NCBI GenBank assembly: GCA_944380875.1
Contig: CALWJA010000055.1
Span: 22,991 to 86,990, forward strand
Length of the DNA stretch: 64,000 bases
DNA from: an uncultured Clostridia bacterium
GTDB lineage: Bacteria; Bacillota; Clostridia; Oscillospirales; Acutalibacteraceae
Direction of reading: 5' to 3'
Position numbers and translations under genes: made by a program. A model generated the notes under the pieces. The model did no database searches and was not told where the DNA came from. It saw nothing but the letters and a program-made list of their open reading frames with translations. Positions 58,391-64,000 of the stretch are shown piece after piece (positions within the stretch are counted from its first letter, which is position 1; every line of letters starts with the position of its first letter).

Positions 58391-58930
58391 TGTTAGTTCT
58401 CCCCCTCAATAAATTTAAAGTTGTCGCTTTGTATGGAAATAGTATAGCACCCATATATAAATATTTCTGTTGCTTTTCTCATTTGTACGAAATAGCAGAA
58501 CCATTTACCCTTGTCAAAGGTCAGGATAAACGGATTTCGCCAGCCGTTGATAAGTGCGTCTATCTGCTTATATGACAGCAAAGAGGGCGAAAGCAATGAG
58601 TGCTTTCGCCCTCGGTTAGTATGGTGTTTCCTAATATCTGTCTGTATTGCTGTTTTATAAGGCCATAAAAAATTCAGGCATCATTGGGACACCAAAGCGT
58701 CAAAAGTCATTGTAATTATGAGCGCCTTAATGTATAAAAAAGTCAGTATTTGTAACGGTATTCAAGGTTTGATGATTTTAAACAAGCCAAAAACAAATAC
58801 TGTTTTTATATGACCGTAAGACAAAAAAGTATTGTAGAAGGATATATTATGGTAGGAGACTATCGGATTTCTAAAGATTAGAAACACCCTTCTGTATCAG
58901 GACGACGGGGCTCCCTTTTTGGGAGCACTT

Positions 58931-59380
58931 TTATCCTTGCATAGTTTCTTTGGGTTTAATGGGTGTGTAATAATCCATCTGGCAATAACCAAGGATTTTC
59001 TGCACTTCCGGTGGAGTAATGATGTTTCCCAGTTCAAAGCGGCTTGTATCTCGTTCAAAACCATTTTCAGAAAGGAATACGTCCACCTGGCTGTTCATTT
59101 TTTCCACATCTGTTTTTCCGTCAATGTCAGTTGCTACGCAATAGAGACCACCGCTAAAATCTACGATCTCAAATTGTTCAGGGGGATTGATCCCCTCTTC
59201 ATAGAGATAGAGCCAGCAGAAACCCTGGCCGTCCCAATAAAGAAAGTCTTTGGAATGCATGCTTCTGGGCAGGCTGGAAAACCATGCGTTAAATTTGGTA
59301 AAGTTTTCCTCACCGAAAAATCCTCTTCCAGAGGAGACCATTTTGCACGGGGGTATTTCAATAATACGGACCGCCTGCAT
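58931..59380 (-). CDS. GyrI-like effector-binding domain protein (stand-alone)
   Basis: 149 aa. N-terminus 'VRIIEIPPCKMVS' matches the 'I.ELP..KV.G' start of transcription-activator effector-binding domains. Confidence 0.45.
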   Translation of the reverse strand: MQAVRIIEIPPCKMVSSGRGFFGEENFTKFNAWFSSLPRSMHSKDFLYWDGQGFCWLYLYEEGINPPEQFEIVDFSGGLYCVATDIDGKTDVEKMNSQVDVFLSENGFERDTSRFELGNIITPPEVQKILGYCQMDYYTPIKPKETMQG

Positions 59381-59456
59381 TTTTACTCGCTCCTTCTACT
59401 AAAATCTGTAGATTCTATAGAGAAAACACGATAGGGCAGAGGGAATTCTATAAAAA

Positions 59457-60098
59457 TCAGAACCCTAAAATCTCTCCCACAACCAGCACTTTTATCCGTC
59501 CTGCGGGTTTTGAATGGCGGGTCGTGACGATCACATTGCAGATGCAGTCGGGGGAATCACAGTTGCCGCATGCTCCTGTAACACTGCAGGGTGTTTTCAG
59601 GCCGAAACGCTGGGCGTTGATGGGCGCGGCCACTGTTCTGGCGCGCACCAGAGCATCTTCCCCTGTTTTTACGATCTTATTGATACCGGCTACAACCAGC
59701 ACATTTTTCGGGCCATATGCCATGGCGGCCACCCGGTTTCCGTTACCGTCCACGTTTACAAGCTGGCCATCTTCGCTCAGGGCGTTGGTTCCAGTCAGAT
59801 ACCAGTCTGCAAAAAAGGCTTTGCGCATGAGTTCTGCCCGCTCCTCGGGATTCCCCGCTGTATCCCTGTCGATCAGGGCATATCCGCCTGCCCGAAGGGA
59901 ATCCAGGATCCCGCATTCTTCCACGGAAGCACAGCCGCCCCAGGAGACGGAACTCCCGTCTGCGATGAGCTCCAGAGCTTTTTTTCGGGCATCTTCTTTT
60001 GTGCCACAGAAGAAAGCATCAAAACCGTGCTTTTGCAGGGCTTCGCAGACTGTTTTCCCCAGCTTTTCGTTTCGCAGTTCCATTGGCGTTTTGTTCAT
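59457..60098 (-). CDS. LUD-domain (DUF162, lactate-utilisation LutC/YkgG-like) protein
   Basis: 213 aa. 'LTGTNALSEDGQLVNVDGNGNRVAAMAYGPKNVLVVAGINKIV' matches the LUD-domain core. C-terminal Cys cluster 'CSVTGACGNCDSPDCIC'. Confidence 0.6.
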   Translation of the reverse strand: MNKTPMELRNEKLGKTVCEALQKHGFDAFFCGTKEDARKKALELIADGSSVSWGGCASVEECGILDSLRAGGYALIDRDTAGNPEERAELMRKAFFADWYLTGTNALSEDGQLVNVDGNGNRVAAMAYGPKNVLVVAGINKIVKTGEDALVRARTVAAPINAQRFGLKTPCSVTGACGNCDSPDCICNVIVTTRHSKPAGRIKVLVVGEILGF

Positions 60099-60188
60099 TA
60101 GAAAAGCTCCTTTCTTTTTTCAATCCTTTTAAATGCTGCATATATAGCAGAGCGCCGGAATTTTTCCGGCGCTTTTGTTGCGTATACT

Positions 60189-61205
60189 TTATCCTCTGGC
60201 CACAAATCCAATTTTGCGCATGACCTTGGAAAGGGTTCTTCGAGCGATCCGCTCAGCTTTTTCAGCGCCTTCCGTATAGCATTTGGAAAGATATGCCTTG
60301 TCGTCCATATACTGGCGGAATTTTTCCTGAATGGGTTTAATATGCTCAATTACCGCTTCGCCTACAGCGGTTTTAAAATCGCCGTAGCCTTTGCCTTCAA
60401 ATTCCGCCTCGATCTCTTCGTAGGATTTTCCTGTTACGCAGGAATAGATTCCCATGAGATTGTTGACGCCGTCCTTGCCTTCCTCATAGCGGACGCAGGC
60501 ATCGCTGTCCGTTACAGCCCGGCGGAATTTACGCATGATAACGTCGGGTGTATCCAAAACATATACGCAGCCGTTGACGTTTTCATCGGATTTACTCATC
60601 TTTTTGGAAGGATCCTGCAGGCTCATAATTTTTGCGCCGGTTTTTGGAATATAGGGATCCGGAACGGTAAAGGTGGGGCTGTAAAGGCCGTTGAAACGTT
60701 CCGCAATATTGCGGCAAAGCTCCAGATGCTGCTTTTGGTCCACGCCCACGGGCACAAGGTCCGCCTGATACAGGAGAATATCCGCCGCCATAAGGCTGGG
60801 ATATGTGAAGAGCCCCGCGTTGACGTTATCCGCATGTTTTTGGGATTTATCCTTGAATTGCGTCATACGGGAAAGTTCCCCAAACTGGGTGTAGCAGTCC
60901 AGAATCCAGCCCAGCTCCGCATGCGCGGTTACATGGCTCTGCATGAAGAAGGGGCTTTTCTCTGGATCGATGCCGCAGGCAAGCAGAAGGGCATAGGCTT
61001 CCAAAATGTTTTTACGGAATTTAGCTGGTTCCTGGCGCACCGTGATCGTGTGCAGATCCGCCAGAGCAAAGATGCAGTCGTACTCGTCCTGCAGGGCTAC
61101 CCAGTTTTTCAAAGCGCCCAAATAGTTTCCCAGGGTTACGGAACCGCTGGGCTGTATAGCGCTGAATATGACTTTTTTGCGTTCTGTGTTGTTTTCGGTG
61201 TTCAT
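60189..61205 (-). CDS. trpS: Tryptophan--tRNA ligase
   Basis: 338 aa. Class I 'HIGH'-equivalent 'TLGNYLGA' and 'KMSKS' motifs. Start at MNTENN after AGGAGGAG RBS (the track ORF extends upstream into the leader). Confidence 0.9.
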   Translation of the reverse strand: MNTENNTERKKVIFSAIQPSGSVTLGNYLGALKNWVALQDEYDCIFALADLHTITVRQEPAKFRKNILEAYALLLACGIDPEKSPFFMQSHVTAHAELGWILDCYTQFGELSRMTQFKDKSQKHADNVNAGLFTYPSLMAADILLYQADLVPVGVDQKQHLELCRNIAERFNGLYSPTFTVPDPYIPKTGAKIMSLQDPSKKMSKSDENVNGCVYVLDTPDVIMRKFRRAVTDSDACVRYEEGKDGVNNLMGIYSCVTGKSYEEIEAEFEGKGYGDFKTAVGEAVIEHIKPIQEKFRQYMDDKAYLSKCYTEGAEKAERIARRTLSKVMRKIGFVARG

Positions 61206-61585
61206 AAAATTCTCCTCCTGTAGGTAACAGTGTGTTCCCGGAACGGCGGGCCGGGAAAAATGAAAAGGCTCCTGCCCCAATAACTGGGACAGGAGCCTGC
61301 ATACTGCAATTTCCTGCGGTACCACCCGGATTGGCGAAAACGCCCGCTCTCTCCATATAGCCGTATCCCGACCATACGCTTCCTTGATAACGGGTGAAGT
61401 TCCCGTCGTAGGCTAAAGACGGCTTATGCCGCGTTCACCCCGCCCTCCCGGGTCCATTCGGCACAGCTTCTTTGCCGCTTTTTCAGCTTCCGGCGGCTCT
61501 CTTTTCAAAAAGAAGGAATTGTGCGTACTCTTCCCGATCAACGGTTTTAAAGGGGCCGTTTTTATCCAGCCCTTAAGATTTTGAT
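61206..61585 (-). promoter_or_regulatory. T-box riboswitch leader (tryptophan, UGG specifier) with terminator
   Basis: On the minus strand: specifier-loop candidate 'GAAUGGAC', T-box sequence 'AAUCCGGGUGGUACCGCAGG', terminator hairpin 'GCAGGCTCCTGTCCC...GGGGCAGGAGCC' followed by TTTTCATTTTT (plus-strand 61255-61300). Directly precedes trpS. Confidence 0.8.
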
Positions 61586-61588
61586 TGT

Positions 61589-61617
61589 ATTATAGCGCCG
61601 GGCAGAATGTTTGTCAA
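61589..61617 (-). promoter_or_regulatory. Consensus sigma-A promoter driving the trpS T-box leader
   Basis: Minus strand reads TTGACA – 17 nt – TATAAT (perfect consensus hexamers). Confidence 0.55.
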
Positions 61618-61649
61618 GAAAAGGGAAGAGATCCCGTAAGTTCCGTTTT

Positions 61650-62840
61650 TCAGGCAAGCATGTCTTTTACCAGGCCGCCGAGAATTTCAATACCCTTTTT
61701 CAGCTGCTCATCGGTAGGCGTGGAGAAATTGATGCGGAAACTCTGGCAAGGCTCGTTTTCATCCGTGAGGAAGGCGTTGCCGGGAACTACGCAGACTCCC
61801 CGCTGCACGGCTTCCTTGCAGAAAGCAGGCATGCTGATCTGATCCGGCAAAGTACACCAGATAAAGAGACCGCCTTCGATAGGTTCCCATGTGATATAGG
61901 GGGCCAGATTTTCCTCCAAAAGGGAAAGGGCATAGGCGGATTTTTTACGGTAGATTTCCCGAAGGTGATCCAGATGGGCGTTGTAATCATATGTATTGAT
62001 GAAGGCGTTGCAGACCATCTGGCTCCAGATATTGGTGTGAACATCCTCACCCTGCTTGCAGACCACCATTTTCTGGATGACAGGCTGGGGAGCAATGGCA
62101 TATCCTACCCGCATGCCGGGAGAAATGACCTTAGAGAATGTGCCGGAATAGATAACCAGCCCTTCTTCATCCATGCTCTTGATGGAGGGAATGTTTTCTC
62201 CGGATACGCGCAGATCGCCGTAGGGGTTATCCTCCAGAATCATAACCTGGTATTTTTTAGCCAGTTCATACATCTTCCGGCGTTTTTCCAAACTCATGGT
62301 GATACCGGTGGGATTCTGGAAATTGGGGATCGTGTAGATGAATTTGGCTTTCTTTTCTTCCTGCAGGGCTTTTTCCAGCTTCTCCATGTCCATTCCGTCC
62401 TTTTCCATGGGGATGCCCCGCAGGCGCACCTTATAGGAACGGAAAGTATTCAGGGAGCCGATGAAGCTGGGAGCTTCGCAGAGAACCACATCTTCCTCAT
62501 TGCAGAGAGATTTTGTAGCCAGATCCATAACCTGCTGGGCGCCGGTGGTAATCAGCAGCTCGTCGAAGTCACGGCCTACGTTGTGGTTTTCCTTCATATA
62601 TTTTTTCATGGTGTCACGAAGGGGTGTATATCCTTCCGTTACACTGTATTGAAGGGCAGCGATAGGATTTTCTTTAAAAATACGGGAAGAAATTTCCGAA
62701 ATGGCGTCAACGGGGAATGCCTCGGGAGCCGGGTTGCCGGCCGCGAGGGGAATAACGTTGGGGTCGGAACTGTATTTCAGAATTTCACGGATAGCGGAAG
62801 GCTTCAGGTTTTGAACACGATTTGAAAATGTATACTCCAT
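61650..62840 (-). CDS. PLP-dependent aminotransferase, class I/II (AspB/KAT-like)
   Basis: About 396 aa. N-terminus 'FSNRVQNLKPSAIREIL' typical of this aminotransferase family. PLP-Lys region 'SGTFSKVISPGMRVGY'. Start at MEYTFS after AGGAGG RBS. Confidence 0.8.
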   Translation of the reverse strand: MEYTFSNRVQNLKPSAIREILKYSSDPNVIPLAAGNPAPEAFPVDAISEISSRIFKENPIAALQYSVTEGYTPLRDTMKKYMKENHNVGRDFDELLITTGAQQVMDLATKSLCNEEDVVLCEAPSFIGSLNTFRSYKVRLRGIPMEKDGMDMEKLEKALQEEKKAKFIYTIPNFQNPTGITMSLEKRRKMYELAKKYQVMILEDNPYGDLRVSGENIPSIKSMDEEGLVIYSGTFSKVISPGMRVGYAIAPQPVIQKMVVCKQGEDVHTNIWSQMVCNAFINTYDYNAHLDHLREIYRKKSAYALSLLEENLAPYITWEPIEGGLFIWCTLPDQISMPAFCKEAVQRGVCVVPGNAFLTDENEPCQSFRINFSTPTDEQLKKGIEILGGLVKDMLA

Positions 62841-63181
62841 ATGGATCCTCCTGGGAATGAAATTCAACATGGAATGCACAGGCTTTCTGCCTTTTTCATG
62901 CTGTACGTTTTTATTGTAGCACATTCCGAAAGGATAGCAAAGTCATTCCGGCAATTTTTTACGATGGCTGTATGGCTATGAGGCTGCATTGTGAGATTTT
63001 CCGTGTTTTCTGGAAAATCTTTTCATTCCAAAAGATTTGCGGTATAATGTCCGTTGGATAGCGGAATCCGGCGCAGAATGCAAAAAATATAGTATTGCGG
63101 GAAGCGTATTTGAAAAACAGGAATTTGAGTCAATACCCTAAAACGGGGTTACATGGGGTTACATATAGAAAGGAAAAGGAT

Positions 63182-63787
63182 ATGAGCAGAATACGGAATA
63201 TTGTTTTGGACATGGGCAATGTGCTGTTTGATTATAACCCGAAAGCTATGACGGACTATTTTCTGCCCAATGGTTCCAAGGAGGATAAGGAACTCTTTCT
63301 GCAGGAATTTTTTAACAAAGAGGAGTGGAATGATCGGGATTTGGGAATCCTTACCGATGAGGAAGTATACGAGAGCGTAGCGAAACGGCTGCCTGCCCGC
63401 CTGCATGAGCCATTGCGGCAGTGTCTTCAGCATTGGGAGAAATGCATGATTCCCTTTGAGGAAGCCCGTGAGTTTGTCCGGTATATAAGGGAAAAAGGGT
63501 ATGGATTGTATGTGCTTTCCAATGCCAGCACCACGTTTTATGCGTATTTCCCCAAGTTCTGCCCTCTTTATTGGTTTGACGGCATTGTGATTTCTTCGGA
63601 TATCCATCTTTTAAAACCGGATTCCGCTATTTATAAGTATCTGCTTACAAAATACGGCCTGAAACCCGAGCAATGCCTCTTTATCGACGATCGGGCAGAC
63701 AATGTGGAAGGCGCCCGCGCCGTAGGAATGGAAGCTGCCGTGTTCAAAGAGAACTGGCAGGAAATACAAGCCCAATTTTCTCTCTGA
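63182..63787 (+). CDS. HAD-superfamily hydrolase (subfamily IA)
   Basis: 'IVLDMGNVLFDY' motif I (DxG variant of DxD) and 'LFIDDRADNVEGA' motif IV. Start at MSRIRN after AAAGGAAAAGG RBS. Confidence 0.65.
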   Translation: MSRIRNIVLDMGNVLFDYNPKAMTDYFLPNGSKEDKELFLQEFFNKEEWNDRDLGILTDEEVYESVAKRLPARLHEPLRQCLQHWEKCMIPFEEAREFVRYIREKGYGLYVLSNASTTFYAYFPKFCPLYWFDGIVISSDIHLLKPDSAIYKYLLTKYGLKPEQCLFIDDRADNVEGARAVGMEAAVFKENWQEIQAQFSL

Positions 63788-63881
63788 GGTATAATACGGC
63801 TTGCGGACCCAAGCACTTTCATTTTGCGTATGCATATTTGTATATTTATAAACACACACAATGGAAACGGAGGACATACAC

Positions 63882-64000
63882 ATGGAAAACGTATTTGATT
63901 CCTTGAAAACCGAGAGGCTTTTGGATCTGAGCCATTCGGCGGCGGCCCCTTTACTGAGCCGTTTTTCTTATCCCTGGGAAGCCTTGGATTGGATCAAGGC
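63882..64000 (+). CDS. Hypothetical protein, 5' end only (truncated by window edge)
   Basis: GGAGG RBS 8 nt before the ATG. Reading frame open to the end of the window ('MENVFDSLKTERLLDLSHSAAAPLLSRFSYPWEALDWIK'). Confidence 0.3.
   Translation, partial: MENVFDSLKTERLLDLSHSAAAPLLSRFSYPWEALDWIK

Noticed and set aside
58393-58596. 67-codon ORF ending 2 nt before the GyrI-like gene; considered as an HTH N-terminal fragment of a split AraC/MerR-GyrI regulator.
   Set aside because: The sequence shows no helix-turn-helix pattern or other motif. It is kept only as part of the 'decayed region' hypothesis, not called as a gene or pseudogene.
1-64000. Window-wide search for CRISPR repeats, tRNA/rRNA genes, integrases, transposases, phage structural genes and toxin-antitoxin pairs.
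   Set aside because: No repeat-spacer arrays, no tRNA-like GTTCGAATCC arms or rRNA stretches, and no ORFs with recombinase, transposase, capsid or terminase signatures were seen. The window appears to be core chromosome plus small accessory modules.

Overview
This is a chromosomal segment from a spore-forming Firmicutes (Clostridia-type) genome, about 50% GC and densely coding. Gene content, sporulation gene spoVS and a single-chain clostridial-type FGAM synthase support that placement. I found no rRNA, tRNA, CRISPR array, integrase or transposase. Features in order along the window:

- **1–4.4 kb:** arabinoxylan-debranching set (GH43, type-B carboxylesterase, GH51 arabinofuranosidase).
- **4.6–8.6 kb:** AEC transporter, HAD nucleotidase, D-Ala-D-Ala carboxypeptidase (S11), metallophosphoesterase.
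- **8.9–15.7 kb (minus strand):** conserved housekeeping/sporulation run recG – yloV – spoVS – ymdB – rny.
- **16.2–18.6 kb:** thrS behind a Thr T-box leader.
- **18.7–27.5 kb:** carbohydrate-utilisation cluster (AraC regulator, intracellular GH5-like hydrolase, LplABC-type ABC transporter, 760-aa membrane-anchored AraC-type sensor/regulator).
- **27.8–31.0 kb:** GntR / URO-D-family / CyuA-like (UPF0597) operon.
- **31.3–40.6 kb:** flotillin, PaaK-family CoA ligase with ACT-domain partner, Na+-dependent NSS transporter, small lipoprotein, ppa, ptsI, crr (EIIA-Glc).
- **40.7–46.1 kb:** the most interesting accessory-like stretch. A VanRS-like two-component system is followed by a translationally coupled unknown secreted protein, a FemAB-family transferase and a VanY-type M15 D,D-carboxypeptidase.
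- **46.4–48.3 kb:** sugar-phosphate isomerase and mannose-6-phosphate isomerase.
- **48.5–51.4 kb:** znuABC-like metal ABC importer. A near-consensus promoter is overlapped by a perfect 10-1-10 Zur/Fur-like palindrome. The ATPase reading frame carries an unusual Cys/His-rich N-terminal extension.
- **51.5–57.7 kb:** YitT-family membrane protein, purL (1257 aa), alr.
- **57.9–59.4 kb:** AT-rich stretch with two stand-alone GyrI-like effector-binding-domain proteins.
- **59.5–64.0 kb:** LUD-domain protein, trpS behind a Trp T-box (UGG specifier, consensus sigma-A promoter), class I/II aminotransferase, HAD hydrolase, and a truncated ORF at the window end.

Many long antisense 'shadow' ORFs in the six-frame track were rejected.
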